Below, piece after piece: positions 36,092 through 45,402 of a stretch of DNA of 64,000 nt. Source of the stretch: a virus (taxonomy: Duplodnaviria; Heunggongvirae; Uroviricota; Caudoviricetes); the IMG/VR virus record IMGVR_UViG_3300033463_000001, positions 211,298-275,297 of that record; one strand, written 5' to 3'. Below the pieces are notes generated by a model that was not told where the DNA came from, ran no database searches, and saw only the letters and a list, made by a program, of their open reading frames with translations. Position 1 is the first letter of the stretch, and the number at the start of each line of letters is the position of its first letter. Position numbers and translations under genes: made by a program.

Positions 36092-37210
36092 TTATATCTC
36101 GTTTAATACAACAACCACACTCATAATGATGCACGTTATAATGGAAGATAGGACGACAAAAAACCATCCTGTTGATGTGACTGGTGTCTCGATGTAGTCG
36201 AAGTCTGCAAACTCCTTGCGTTTCCATTGTTTCGGAACGTTCTCAAGCAGATATCGCTCCAATACCATTAAATCCAGCGTCTCACCTTCTTCGTAGATGT
36301 GATTACACCCAACACTCATGTACGGTGTATCCTCCCAACTAAAAGAGTTGACCCATTGCACGTTATCAGTTTCGTCGATTGATATACATACAATCAACTC
36401 ATTCTTGTTGCCACCGATAAGGAAGTTCTTTTGTTCCTCCACAATACTCATTGGTTTATTCCTGTATACAAAGACAAAACACCTGAACTGATATGGCGCA
36501 CCGTAATAGGCATTAACATATTTGAATGAGTCAATTACGCTTTCACCAGGATTATAGCCAACGATTGGGTTCTGGTCGCGCACAACCGGCGGGTAATCGT
36601 ATAATCCGAGTGAATCAGCTTTATCCTCTCCAACCTCTGAGAAATTGAAGATAGACATACTGTTCTTAACCTTGTTCTTATACCTGTGCGTCAGTGTGAC
36701 TGTGTACATATGGTTCCTGTCACCGTTGAATGAGCACGTGTATTTGTCGCCATCCTTGGTGTAGTAATGCCGGTGCATATCAACGAAGACCTTTGGTGTT
36801 CCGAACCTGCACACAATCTCATCATATTCGCGCTGTGATATTTCCAATGTCCTGCCGTTGCTAAGTATCATCTCCCAGTACTCACGGTGCTCCTTTACAT
36901 ATGAACAGTCATAGGTCTCGGTGTGATACTTTGCATTTCCATCTTCATCTCTTCCGTCATACACCTCCCTTGTGCAGGTCTTATGGATATACTCATTCCA
37001 AGGCTCGTAGTAGGCAACCTGTGTTGTGTAGTAGCCAAGATACTCAGTATCTGATGATACGTACGATTTGATTGAGATATACACAATCACCGGAACTAAT
37101 ATACCTGGTATCAATACCAATAGATATTCAAGCGGGCGTACCCATTCCCGAAAGAAAACGAGAAGGAGCGCACACGCAAGAATAGGTATGAGGAAGACAA
37201 GTGCTATCAT
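36092..37210 (-). CDS. hypothetical membrane protein (N- and C-terminal TM helices)
   Basis: 372 aa; hydrophobic helices at both ends. Confidence 0.5.
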   Translation of the reverse strand: MIALVFLIPILACALLLVFFREWVRPLEYLLVLIPGILVPVIVYISIKSYVSSDTEYLGYYTTQVAYYEPWNEYIHKTCTREVYDGRDEDGNAKYHTETYDCSYVKEHREYWEMILSNGRTLEISQREYDEIVCRFGTPKVFVDMHRHYYTKDGDKYTCSFNGDRNHMYTVTLTHRYKNKVKNSMSIFNFSEVGEDKADSLGLYDYPPVVRDQNPIVGYNPGESVIDSFKYVNAYYGAPYQFRCFVFVYRNKPMSIVEEQKNFLIGGNKNELIVCISIDETDNVQWVNSFSWEDTPYMSVGCNHIYEEGETLDLMVLERYLLENVPKQWKRKEFADFDYIETPVTSTGWFFVVLSSIITCIIMSVVVVLNEI

Positions 37211-37215
37211 AGCTT

Positions 37216-37833
37216 TTAGTGATTAAACAGTTCAACCGAGTCGTCGATTCCTGTTGTGATGGTGGATTTTGTTTTTGTTGATGAGATGACTGTGTATTCA
37301 ATCGGTTCCTTGTTCTGAATGAACCACTTCGCCGGCATAGATTCACAGAGTGTTGTGTGTTGCCTAATGATGTCCAGCATGCGATACTGTGCATTAGCAA
37401 ATGAGAGACGCTGTGCCTCAATGCTCTGCATCAAGTGTTTGTAAAGCGACGTGTCGAAGTTTGGGTTTTGCTCTTGAATCCACTTCATGAGAGAACCATC
37501 TCCTTGAGAGTAGCGACCTTCGATAATAGCCGGATAGATTTCTTTGAAGGCGTTCTTGTACTCGTCAGCAACCTGTGCTTCCTGGTTGATGATTTTCCAC
37601 ATTGCGTCGAAGTTGGTTTCGATTTTACCACGTTGTGCCTCTGCTTGATTGCGCAGTGATACTTCTGTGTTGTTGTACGAGAAGTACATGATGCCGGCCG
37701 TTGCGCCAAAGAGAACTCCTAGGCCGAGAATGATTGCCGCGATGATTGCGACGATAAATGATGAATTGTTTTCCATTGTTGTTATTGTTGTTTTAGTTAG
37801 TGACCGTAGTCGTATGATATTTCTTTTCCACAT
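37216..37833 (-). CDS. LemA-family-like membrane protein
   Basis: N-terminal TM helix followed by ...SLRNQAEAQRGKIETNFDAMWKIINQEAQVADEYKNAFKEI..., reminiscent of the LemA topology and conserved core. Confidence 0.45.
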   Translation of the reverse strand: MWKRNIIRLRSLTKTTITTMENNSSFIVAIIAAIILGLGVLFGATAGIMYFSYNNTEVSLRNQAEAQRGKIETNFDAMWKIINQEAQVADEYKNAFKEIYPAIIEGRYSQGDGSLMKWIQEQNPNFDTSLYKHLMQSIEAQRLSFANAQYRMLDIIRQHTTLCESMPAKWFIQNKEPIEYTVISSTKTKSTITTGIDDSVELFNH

Positions 37834-38015
37834 TCAACCGTAATGATTACGTTTCTTGCGATGCCACGGATGCCTTGTTTTGTTGAGTAGTGTTTTCCGT
37901 CAAGGTAGCGTGTGAAGACGTAACCTGAGTGCTCGCCATAATATGCTCCGTCAGGCAGTTCTGTGATTTTTGATGTTATTTCAGGATTCATATTCCGTAT
38001 TTGATTAGTTCCCAT
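37797..38015 (-). CDS. small hypothetical protein (72 aa)
   Basis: ORF coupled to neighbours on the same strand. Confidence 0.35.
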   Translation of the reverse strand: MGTNQIRNMNPEITSKITELPDGAYYGEHSGYVFTRYLDGKHYSTKQGIRGIARNVIITVECGKEISYDYGH

Positions 38016-38275
38016 ATGTTATAACGGAAGAATTGAACAAGTCCTTTGAGAGACCGCCATATTACTTTCAGCAATGATATCAACAAACAGATAGTCATTG
38101 CTACCACATATGCGGCAATAGTTACAGGCCAGAAGAGCACTTTTGCCATTGATATTTCATCATTCCTGTCATCCGCAAACCACCCAAATAGTCCGCCGAG
38201 ACACCAGAATGCAAATCCAGCGATGCCATATATGATAAGTGCTGCGACAACGCATCCAATTGTTTCAAGCGTCAT
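37988..38275 (-). CDS. small membrane protein (95 aa, two TM helices)
   Basis: Two hydrophobic helices (IGCVVAALIIYGIAGFAFWCLGGLFGWF and FWPVTIAAYVVAMTICLLISLL). Confidence 0.45.
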   Translation of the reverse strand: MTLETIGCVVAALIIYGIAGFAFWCLGGLFGWFADDRNDEISMAKVLFWPVTIAAYVVAMTICLLISLLKVIWRSLKGLVQFFRYNIWELIKYGI

Positions 38276-38792
38276 TGTCTTCAGTGATTTTAGAGAAGTC
38301 CAACTCAGATATAATGTGTAACAGTCGTTCCAGCTCGAAGTTTCGGTAAGCCGTCATTGCGTAGGTGCGAGGATTGGAGTGGTTGTAACCAAATCGCTCG
38401 ATGTATTCTTTGCAAGCGCGTTTTGTGAGGAAAGCACCGGTGTTCATGCTAATGAAATCCTCTTGGCGAGTTGAGATGAGCCGTGCCTCGTCTACGCCAC
38501 ACATGTCGTTATAGAAATCGATAACACTCTCAATATCTGATTTATCAACATCACACCAAGCAATCCCCTCTTCTTGACCGTCAACGTACTCGTCCACGTG
38601 TTCTACAAACTCGTCACATGTGTATGTTCTATCGTCGCAGACGACCATTTCGTCATCTCCGCAGCCTTCCGGAACGCCGACTGTTTTTGTTTCAAGAACT
38701 CCCCAGTATACAGGTGATGCGTTACCGTCATTCGTCTGAGTGTTGAGTTCGTGCTGTAAATCCTTCAGGAATTCAATATCTTCTTTTTTCAT
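38265..38792 (-). CDS. hypothetical acidic protein (175 aa)
   Basis: ORF, Cys/Asp-rich. Confidence 0.45.
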   Translation of the reverse strand: MKKEDIEFLKDLQHELNTQTNDGNASPVYWGVLETKTVGVPEGCGDDEMVVCDDRTYTCDEFVEHVDEYVDGQEEGIAWCDVDKSDIESVIDFYNDMCGVDEARLISTRQEDFISMNTGAFLTKRACKEYIERFGYNHSNPRTYAMTAYRNFELERLLHIISELDFSKITEDNDA

Positions 38793-38802
38793 AATGTTAG
38801 TT

Positions 38803-39294
38803 TTATTGGATTGGCATCCAGTGAGTGATTAAACCTTGCAATATCTTCGCAGGACACCAAGTCTTTGTCGCATGGTCATACCTGGCTGATGTTCCGTCAC
38901 CTTTGTATGTCTTTACGAAAACTGTTTTTGATAATAATGTTTTATGACTATCATCTATTTCCGGAAGACGGTCATCTACACTAATCCATCTGTCGCGCAG
39001 TATAGCATTTTCAACTGACGCCATATCTACAGCTGTTGAGTAGGCAGCTATTCGCTTATCGCGCAGTGCCACGGAATCTTCCAAACGTCTGTTTGCAACG
39101 GATAGTTTTTCACACATATCTTGGAGCCTTTTGATTTCTGCATCACGACTGTGTGCTCCTGCAATAAAGGCCTTTTCACTAACAGCATGACACATGTTAC
39201 TGCCAGAATGGTCAGTATAATCGTGTTTATCATACTCACCATAATTATCTATTGCGTACTCTAATGCATTTTGTTTAATTTGTTCTTCTGCCAT
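38803..39294 (-). CDS. DUF551-like protein fused to shared N-terminal 'MTDEQIRQNA...AGAHSRD' module
   Basis: C-terminal RWISVDDRLPE...THWMPIQ. N-terminus MAEEQIKQNALEY...FIAGAHSRDAEI matches standalone ORFs 40663 and 41600. Confidence 0.55.
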   Translation of the reverse strand: MAEEQIKQNALEYAIDNYGEYDKHDYTDHSGSNMCHAVSEKAFIAGAHSRDAEIKRLQDMCEKLSVANRRLEDSVALRDKRIAAYSTAVDMASVENAILRDRWISVDDRLPEIDDSHKTLLSKTVFVKTYKGDGTSARYDHATKTWCPAKILQGLITHWMPIQ

Positions 39295-39578
39295 AGTTCT
39301 TTTAGGTAATTAACGTATCGTTGCTGCTCATCAAGCACCTTCTCCTCGCGTTCAATGACTTTCTCAATTGATATTAACGCAACATTGTTTGCAGCGCACT
39401 CATAATGCAGCTCCTTGGGTAGTCGGCAACCGTTATATCCAGCAAAAGCACAGTGTCGGCAGTGCGAGTAATCTGGATTCTGCTCCTCACACAGATATTT
39501 CTTATCATTAATAATAACGACGTCGCCGTGGTTGAGGTATTTTTCCCCTGTTAATTCGTCCGTATCCATATTGTTCAA
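39261..39578 (-). CDS. hypothetical protein (105 aa) with CxxC pairs
   Basis: ORF containing ...CEEQNPDYSHCRHCAFAGYNGC... Confidence 0.4.
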   Translation of the reverse strand: MNNMDTDELTGEKYLNHGDVVIINDKKYLCEEQNPDYSHCRHCAFAGYNGCRLPKELHYECAANNVALISIEKVIEREEKVLDEQQRYVNYLKELWQKNKLNKMH

Positions 39579-39931
39579 TGCTTCTTTTGGTTAGGCCGTT
39601 TTCCGTTATGTGTCTCGCGGTAGTCCATGTCAATGTAGTCAAGGAGCCTTATAAGGAATGGGATTTCGTTTTCTACATCTGTTAACTCGTTCGCTTCAAA
39701 TCCAATGACTGTCCTGTAGTCTTGCGCTTTGAGATAAAGCTTGAGTCCGAATTCGTTACCACTGATTATGTCAAAACAAGCGTTAAACGTTCCGAACGGC
39801 TGGAGGTAGTGTATTATCGTTTCACCAGTCAGTTCAAACTTACCATTCTCGAAATACTCTGCGATATTACGCATAAGGCGCTGCTTAATTGGTAGCAGTT
39901 GGTTTTGGTATTTTTTACTTGGTAAACTCAT
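39575..39931 (-). CDS. hypothetical protein (118 aa)
   Basis: ORF; start overlaps the upstream stop. Confidence 0.45.
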   Translation of the reverse strand: MSLPSKKYQNQLLPIKQRLMRNIAEYFENGKFELTGETIIHYLQPFGTFNACFDIISGNEFGLKLYLKAQDYRTVIGFEANELTDVENEIPFLIRLLDYIDMDYRETHNGKRPNQKKH

Positions 39932-39941
39932 AGTGTTTTAT

Positions 39942-40232
39942 TTAAAAATTCACCCAAATTACTTTATATATCATGCGATACCTATTGCGCCTTGTTAAGA
40001 CGGTGTACCGCCAATGTTTCTTAGACGAATCAAAATACTCATCGCGAATATATCTTGAATCGCCATCAGAGATGACGCTTGTTTCGCCGTTGTTTTTGCG
40101 TATCATTTCTCCGGGGAGTGGAACGCGCTCTGCGTAGGAATACCAACGTTGTTTTCCGTTAAGGAACTTAGCAATCTCTTTACTGTTCATCACGTACTTC
40201 TCCACTGTGACAGGAATAACTTCGTATGCCAT
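39942..40232 (-). CDS. hypothetical protein (96 aa)
   Basis: ORF, basic. Confidence 0.4.
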   Translation of the reverse strand: MAYEVIPVTVEKYVMNSKEIAKFLNGKQRWYSYAERVPLPGEMIRKNNGETSVISDGDSRYIRDEYFDSSKKHWRYTVLTRRNRYRMIYKVIWVNF

Positions 40233-40250
40233 AATTAACTGTTTTTATTT

Positions 40251-40658
40251 TTAATAACCAAGCAAAAGAGCTAAACATTTCCTAATTCCTTCCTCTAGTG
40301 CATACTCATACGTAAGGAAATTACCTTCTGAATAGGCGAAGTTAGCCATATTGATTACACCTTGTATACTGTATTCGTATTCTCTGTTTTCAAATGAGGC
40401 GATTTTACCATTACTCAGGATTACATGCCATTTTACAATGACTTCAATCCCCTTAACTTCTCTTAACCATCGTTGTGCTACAGCAAGCGTTGGTGCTGAT
40501 TTCAGAAGGTCTTCCTCGTTGAGATTGCATGCGTCGTACTCTTCGTTCGATAGCGTTGGTTGGTTATTGAAATAAGCATATTCACAATCCCAGTTGAAAC
40601 CAATTTCTTTCAGTAGGGATGCAGTTGCTAATGATACGTAACTTTCGTGTTTAGTCAT
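40251..40658 (-). CDS. paralog family A protein (HESYVS...SAPTLAVAQRWL), copy 1 of 4
   Basis: MTKHESYVSLATASLLKEIGFNW...SAPTLAVAQRWLREV...YEYALEEGIRKCL shared with 41182, 42396 and 45754. Confidence 0.55.
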   Translation of the reverse strand: MTKHESYVSLATASLLKEIGFNWDCEYAYFNNQPTLSNEEYDACNLNEEDLLKSAPTLAVAQRWLREVKGIEVIVKWHVILSNGKIASFENREYEYSIQGVINMANFAYSEGNFLTYEYALEEGIRKCLALLLGY

Positions 40659-40662
40659 GTTA

Positions 40663-40914
40663 TTAGTTGTTTAAGAATTTACGTGGAAGCATCATCCTGT
40701 CGCTAGCATAATCTTTCAACTCTTCGTAACGTTTGCGCAATGCGTCCAGTTCTTCGTTGCGACTGTTTGCTCCGGCAATAAATGCCCTTACTAACGGTTC
40801 CTCGTGGAATCCATCCAACGGTTCCTCACCATCCAGAAGCCGCTGCAGCTCGTATTTGTCATATCCGACTCCGATATAACTGATGGCATTGTCTCTTATT
40901 TCCTTATCTGTCAT
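40663..40914 (-). CDS. paralog family C small protein (MTD.EIR.NA...AGA.SR), standalone copy
   Basis: MTDKEIRDNAISY...AFIAGANSRNEELDAL; same module as the N-termini of 38803 and 44545. Confidence 0.5.
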   Translation of the reverse strand: MTDKEIRDNAISYIGVGYDKYELQRLLDGEEPLDGFHEEPLVRAFIAGANSRNEELDALRKRYEELKDYASDRMMLPRKFLNN

Positions 40915-41195
40915 TTCTTATCCTCCTTATCTTTCCACTTGAGTTTGTAGGTGTGCGTTGTGTCGCCATTGAGAATATGTGTCGTTTCAATGTAGACGGC
41001 GCGACCTTCGATAACGTCGGTGTCGTTAGGCGTTTCTGTTAACTCGATGATTGCCGGAATGGTCAGGAAGAACAAGAAAATTGAAAAGATACATCTTGGG
41101 TCTTCTTTAGCAAAGCCAACGCAAACGAGTACAACAAATAAAGCACAAATTGTGCAGATTAACGTAATTGCTGATGCCATATTATTTTTGTTCAA
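40911..41195 (-). CDS. small membrane protein (94 aa)
   Basis: Single long hydrophobic helix (AITLICTICALFVVLVCVGF...). Confidence 0.4.
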   Translation of the reverse strand: MNKNNMASAITLICTICALFVVLVCVGFAKEDPRCIFSIFLFFLTIPAIIELTETPNDTDVIEGRAVYIETTHILNGDTTHTYKLKWKDKEDKK

Positions 41196-41598
41196 TTAAC
41201 ATCGTTAAACATTTTTGAATGCCTTCCTCCAAAGCGTCTTCATATGTATTTGCTCTACCCATGTGGTAAAACACTTTAATGAATTCATTCTTAGCATTTG
41301 CAATCTCAGCTTCTTCTTTGGACGGAATGTAATCACATATATATTGAAAGAATCCAATGAAAGGTTCTACAAAAACGTGTAATTTGAATGTTTCTCTTAA
41401 CCACCGTTGAGCAACTGCAAGAGTTGGTGCCGATAGGCCATATTTTTTACTATTATGATTTCTTCCATCTGGGAAAAAAGACATTAAAAACGTTTTTTCA
41501 TCCCATAACTCATAGCAGTAGTTTGTATTCCAATCGAATCCGGCGTCTTTTAAGAGTTTAGCTGTTTCCTCACTAACATATGATTCGTGTGTTGTCAT
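41182..41598 (-). CDS. paralog family A protein, copy 2 of 4
   Basis: MTTHESYVSEETAKLLKDAGFDW...SAPTLAVAQRWLRE...YEDALEEGIQKCL. Confidence 0.55.
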   Translation of the reverse strand: MTTHESYVSEETAKLLKDAGFDWNTNYCYELWDEKTFLMSFFPDGRNHNSKKYGLSAPTLAVAQRWLRETFKLHVFVEPFIGFFQYICDYIPSKEEAEIANAKNEFIKVFYHMGRANTYEDALEEGIQKCLTMLIEQK

Positions 41599-41599
41599 T

Positions 41600-41809
41600 T
41601 TAATATTCCAATTCGGTAATTCTTAATTGAAGTTTTTGAACCAAAGCCCTATACTTTGCGATTTCCTCATCGCGGCTATGAGCACCCTTGATATAGGCGA
41701 CCTCAGCAGCCGTATGTATCGCTAAAGGGATACCATTATTTTGTTCCGTAATAGGAGCAGCTTTGTTAGCGTACTCCTCTGCGTTTTGTCTAATTTGTTC
41801 GTCTGTCAT
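41600..41809 (-). CDS. paralog family C small protein, standalone copy
   Basis: MTDEQIRQNAEEYA...AYIKGAHSRDEEIAKY. Confidence 0.5.
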   Translation of the reverse strand: MTDEQIRQNAEEYANKAAPITEQNNGIPLAIHTAAEVAYIKGAHSRDEEIAKYRALVQKLQLRITELEY

Positions 41810-41811
41810 AG

Positions 41812-42393
41812 TTATTTACCCTTCCAATTTTCCTGTATATACCAATTTGCCGCTTCGAGCGCCTCTTCTTTTGTATTCCATTTTTGATTGCCATCTTTAT
41901 CTACGACGTCCAGACTTCCTATTTTTGCATAGTAATGAACTCCACCAGGCCAAACAAGCACCCTAATATCAGAAGCAGAAGGTTTTTCTTCATCCGGGAA
42001 AGTTAGTGTTTCTTTTTCCACTTCGGCAATTACCTCGGATACTCTCTCATCGAAAAGCATTACTTGCATTCCATGGGTTAGGTAAATTTCTTTATCGCCA
42101 CATGATTTGATTCGAGATTGAAACGCTTCGTTTTCGACGCAAACAAGTGCTGTACGCAAATCTGTGCCTGTAGCAGCCATATATACTTCAACTGCTCGTT
42201 CAAAGTCGTTATTACAATGCCCGATAACACTTTTCAATACTTTCCTTACAAGGTGATGCGTGCCTTCTTTGATTACCGACGCAGGATATTTATACCAGTG
42301 TTCAACGACCTGTGCAACATCTTTTGGTTTAAACAACCAATATTCGTTGTTGCCATTAATTTTTTGTTTTATTTTAACAAACGTGTAAGACAT
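41812..42393 (-). CDS. hypothetical protein (193 aa)
   Basis: ORF 2 nt after the upstream stop. Confidence 0.45.
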   Translation of the reverse strand: MSYTFVKIKQKINGNNEYWLFKPKDVAQVVEHWYKYPASVIKEGTHHLVRKVLKSVIGHCNNDFERAVEVYMAATGTDLRTALVCVENEAFQSRIKSCGDKEIYLTHGMQVMLFDERVSEVIAEVEKETLTFPDEEKPSASDIRVLVWPGGVHYYAKIGSLDVVDKDGNQKWNTKEEALEAANWYIQENWKGK

Positions 42394-42395
42394 AC

Positions 42396-42806
42396 TTATT
42401 TCTCAAGTAAAATGGTTAAACATTTCTTGATACCTGCTTCAAGAGCCAATTCATAAGTATCAAAATTTTCAGGTGTAAGTGCAATGCCACCAACGTCTTC
42501 ATGCAAAAGCCAAAAGTCTTTAGCAATTAAAGGTGTCCATTTTTTACTGCCTGATAATGGTGATGCTATTATTTGAATATTCTTCACTTCTATCAACCAC
42601 CTCTGAGCAACTGCGAGGGTCGGCGCGGAGAAAAATTCATAAGGTGTATTTACCTCGTAGCTTTTTGCGTTAAAATTGTCCTGGAGGCCATCTGTTTTGT
42701 GCACAAGCTCACCATCTCTATACGCTGAGTCTATAAACCACTTAAAACCTGCTTGTTTTAGAAGTTTAGATGTTTCAAGACTTACATATGTTTCGTGTTG
42801 GTTCAT
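42396..42806 (-). CDS. paralog family A protein, copy 3 of 4
   Basis: MNQHETYVSLETSKLLKQAGFKW...SAPTLAVAQRWLIEV...YELALEAGIKKCL. Confidence 0.55.
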   Translation of the reverse strand: MNQHETYVSLETSKLLKQAGFKWFIDSAYRDGELVHKTDGLQDNFNAKSYEVNTPYEFFSAPTLAVAQRWLIEVKNIQIIASPLSGSKKWTPLIAKDFWLLHEDVGGIALTPENFDTYELALEAGIKKCLTILLEK

Positions 42807-42809
42807 AAT

Positions 42810-43535
42810 TTATTCAGGATTATTAGTTGTACCTACCAAGCGTTCATTGCCTTCGTATGGAATACAATATTTATAATCATTTGCGCAGCAACGATATGGA
42901 TAGTCCTTTGGATAGTTGCCGTCATAATAGCGAAATATATCTGGCACCCATTTTCCTTCACTATTATCCCTCACTAACACCTTATCAAACGGCTTAAACT
43001 CATATTTCTCTTTATAGTGTTTTAATTTTCTGAGTTCTACTTTAGAACATCCACATGTCCCATCTGCGAATATCAAGGCTTTATCGTTTTTAATTTCTTT
43101 TATAGTCCATATAATCTCACTACCACTTTTTGTAACTTTATCCCCAACCTTGAAATTATGTGTCCATACATCATATTTACGTTCTGTGCAATCATTAGTA
43201 CATGAATGACATTGCCCGTCACAACCTGCCAAGCCATTCAACTGCTCTGATGGCTCTTCTGGGAGTTCAATGAATAAATCAGTAGGATGCTCATCAATAA
43301 CTGCATTAAAACCATTTCTTCCATCTTTTGTAAAATTATATATAACATCCTGTTTTTCTTCAGGTAATACAATAATACCAACTATCGGATGAAATGGGTG
43401 TTTAAAATCAAAACATAGTATTTTGACGTTATATCCGCTTCTTGTTACAATTCTACCTTCAACCTCTCCTGATTGAATCTTCTTTGCTAGTTCAATAGTG
43501 AATGGCAGTTGTTTCAATTGTTTATTTTCTTCCAT
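42810..43535 (-). CDS. hypothetical Cys-rich protein (241 aa)
   Basis: ORF with CDGQCHSCTNDC and CGCS clusters. Confidence 0.45.
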   Translation of the reverse strand: MEENKQLKQLPFTIELAKKIQSGEVEGRIVTRSGYNVKILCFDFKHPFHPIVGIIVLPEEKQDVIYNFTKDGRNGFNAVIDEHPTDLFIELPEEPSEQLNGLAGCDGQCHSCTNDCTERKYDVWTHNFKVGDKVTKSGSEIIWTIKEIKNDKALIFADGTCGCSKVELRKLKHYKEKYEFKPFDKVLVRDNSEGKWVPDIFRYYDGNYPKDYPYRCCANDYKYCIPYEGNERLVGTTNNPE

Positions 43536-43554
43536 TTTTTTTTCTCGTAGTGTT

Positions 43555-43872
43555 TTAGTTTTTGTTTATATAACTTTCCATTGCTTTGTTGATGCCACCG
43601 AAATTTTCTACGATATTATCACACCAATCAATATTAAGTTCGTCAATATAGTCAGGAGCATCTTCGATACTGTAATACGTATGGATTAGAGGTATCATTT
43701 GTGTAGTGGTAAAACTGTATACACCTCCGACTTTTGTTGCGTGGAAACACCATGCTTCTTTGTTGTTGTATGCGCAAAGAAGTTTTGTTGCCATAACGGG
43801 TTCACCTTTGAGTGTATGTTCTTCGTACAATGGCGCGTTTTTTAATGCTCGTAGAATATCTTCTTTTGTCAT
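43555..43872 (-). CDS. hypothetical protein (105 aa)
   Basis: ORF, no motif. Confidence 0.4.
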   Translation of the reverse strand: MTKEDILRALKNAPLYEEHTLKGEPVMATKLLCAYNNKEAWCFHATKVGGVYSFTTTQMIPLIHTYYSIEDAPDYIDELNIDWCDNIVENFGGINKAMESYINKN

Positions 43873-43910
43873 ATTCCTAATGGTTCTTCAGCAAAGATAA
43901 TATATTGATT

Positions 43911-44261
43911 TTACTTATCAAGGAATTCTTGTATTTGTTTTACTGTCTCATCGTGCGTTTCTTTTGTGTATGGGAACACTCTCATAACTTTACTCGCTGG
44001 TGATGTGTTGCAAGCGTATGTTAGTGTGTACAGGTATTCGTTCAGGTATGCACCTTGTAGCCCTGTAGAGTCAAACACAACGAGTATTCTGTATGGTGCG
44101 CCTTTTCCCTCTGCGATGATGCGCGTAGTTCTAGCGTAAGAGCCTAGTGTGTTTCTATTATTGACATTGATACGGTGGGCTTCTTTGAAACTTGTAATGT
44201 TGAGTGATTTGATAAATGCATCACCAGTTTCAGCTCTGTCCGTTACGATGTAGAGGTTCAT
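43911..44261 (-). CDS. hypothetical protein (116 aa)
   Basis: ORF, no motif. Confidence 0.4.
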   Translation of the reverse strand: MNLYIVTDRAETGDAFIKSLNITSFKEAHRINVNNRNTLGSYARTTRIIAEGKGAPYRILVVFDSTGLQGAYLNEYLYTLTYACNTSPASKVMRVFPYTKETHDETVKQIQEFLDK

Positions 44262-44460
44262 AGTGCTCCTTTCTCTTTAAGTTTGTTTGCGAGTCGATTT
44301 GTTTTGACAATTTTATACCATATTCCATCAAATGTTGTATTTTCTCTCGTTCCTCTTTTGAAAACTGTTTCGGAGGCTTTCCACAGACCATTGGTGGGTA
44401 GTCAACAATTATAAGACCAGTCTTTTCGTACGCCCAGACGTTATTTCCTAAACTAAACAT
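44230..44460 (-). CDS. small hypothetical protein (76 aa; start moved)
   Basis: ORF-track start 44487 would fall inside the -7 box of promoter 44485-44535. The next ATG (44460, MFSLGNN) leaves a ~20 nt leader. Confidence 0.4.
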   Translation of the reverse strand: MFSLGNNVWAYEKTGLIIVDYPPMVCGKPPKQFSKEEREKIQHLMEYGIKLSKQIDSQTNLKRKEHYEPLHRNGQS

Positions 44461-44484
44461 AATACATAGTTCGTTAAAATCCGA

Positions 44485-44535
44485 CACAAAGGTAAGTAAA
44501 ATTTTTCAATTTTGCAAATCCTTTAGATGAATTTT
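44485..44535 (-). promoter_or_regulatory. Bacteroidota-type promoter within a 50 nt conserved repeat, copy 2 of 3
   Basis: Minus-strand read: AAAATTCATCTAAAGGATTTG-caaaattgaaaaattttac-TTACCTTTG (TTTG ... TAccTTTG). Confidence 0.55.
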
Positions 44536-44544
44536 ACAAACTTA

Positions 44545-44988
44545 TCACTTATTCATTGTAAATCTTGGTATTGGCATCCAGTGTGTGAACCCATCAAAAT
44601 CAACTTCACCATGTATGGTGTGCCAGCAATGGTTTTCGTTTAAATCACCAATGTTATACTCACCTTCATCTGGTTTATGAAAATCGCCTAAAATAACAGT
44701 GTCACTACATTTACCGTCACTACATGTACACTCTAGCATCGGTGTTTGTTCTTGTACAGAAATCCACCTACCTAACGCGAGTTGGTTATATCTTGACTCT
44801 AGCTCACTAATGTATGTGCGTAACGCTTCGATTTCTTTATCTCTGCTTCTGTACCCATCAACATATCCTCTGGCTGCTTGGTAATTCAGAGCGTGTTGGA
44901 AATGGTTTCCAATTTGAGTAACAGGAGAAACTTTATCCGCATACTCTTCAGAAGCGGTTACGACTTTTTCAAATTCTTCTTCCGTCAT
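44545..44988 (-). CDS. DUF551-like protein fused to family C N-terminal module
   Basis: MTEEEFEKVVTASEEYA...GYRSRDKEIEAL N-terminus. C-terminus RWISVQEQTPM...FTHWMPIPRF. Confidence 0.55.
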   Translation of the reverse strand: MTEEEFEKVVTASEEYADKVSPVTQIGNHFQHALNYQAARGYVDGYRSRDKEIEALRTYISELESRYNQLALGRWISVQEQTPMLECTCSDGKCSDTVILGDFHKPDEGEYNIGDLNENHCWHTIHGEVDFDGFTHWMPIPRFTMNK

Positions 44989-45010
44989 AATATGGCAATT
45001 GTTATTCAGA

Positions 45011-45253
45011 TTAATCCCACGAAATCATCCACTCGTTGTAGTCGCATTCTTCAACCTTGAAGCCGTCTTCTTTCAAACGGTTCTTAGTTTGCCATGTGCA
45101 TATCCAATCCGGTTTGAAACCGTCGAATCCCTCTATACCAACTATGATATTGCTTTCTCCATTCTGCATAGCCTCTTTGATGTGCTCCTGGATGATATCA
45201 TAGTTGTTTTCGTTGGTAATTGCGTACTTACGCAACATTTCGTCTTTTGTCAT
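45011..45253 (-). CDS. hypothetical protein (80 aa)
   Basis: ORF; ATGA overlap with the small ORF upstream. Confidence 0.4.
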   Translation of the reverse strand: MTKDEMLRKYAITNENNYDIIQEHIKEAMQNGESNIIVGIEGFDGFKPDWICTWQTKNRLKEDGFKVEECDYNEWMISWD

Positions 45254-45402
45254 GCTTTAGCTTGTTTTTCGTTCCACTGTTTATCACTTCCGTATTCGTG
45301 AAGCCGATTGGCTAATTCACATATTTGTGAACCGCTCAATCTTTGAGATACGACATAGTTGTATAACTCCTCAGTTATTTTCGAACTAAAACCCTTACTC
45401 AT
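45250..45402 (-). CDS. small ORF (50 aa) not in the ORF track
   Basis: ATG 4 nt after the upstream stop. MSKGFSSKITEELYNYVVSQRLSGSQICELANRLHEYGSDKQWNEKQAKA; its TGA overlaps the ATG of 45253 (ATGA coupling). It fills an otherwise empty 140 nt gap. Confidence 0.35.
   Translation of the reverse strand: MSKGFSSKITEELYNYVVSQRLSGSQICELANRLHEYGSDKQWNEKQAKA

Noticed and set aside
44461-44487. ORF-track start codon 44487 for gene 44230..44487
   Set aside because: It would place the start codon inside the -7 box of the conserved promoter. The gene was re-started at the next ATG (44460).
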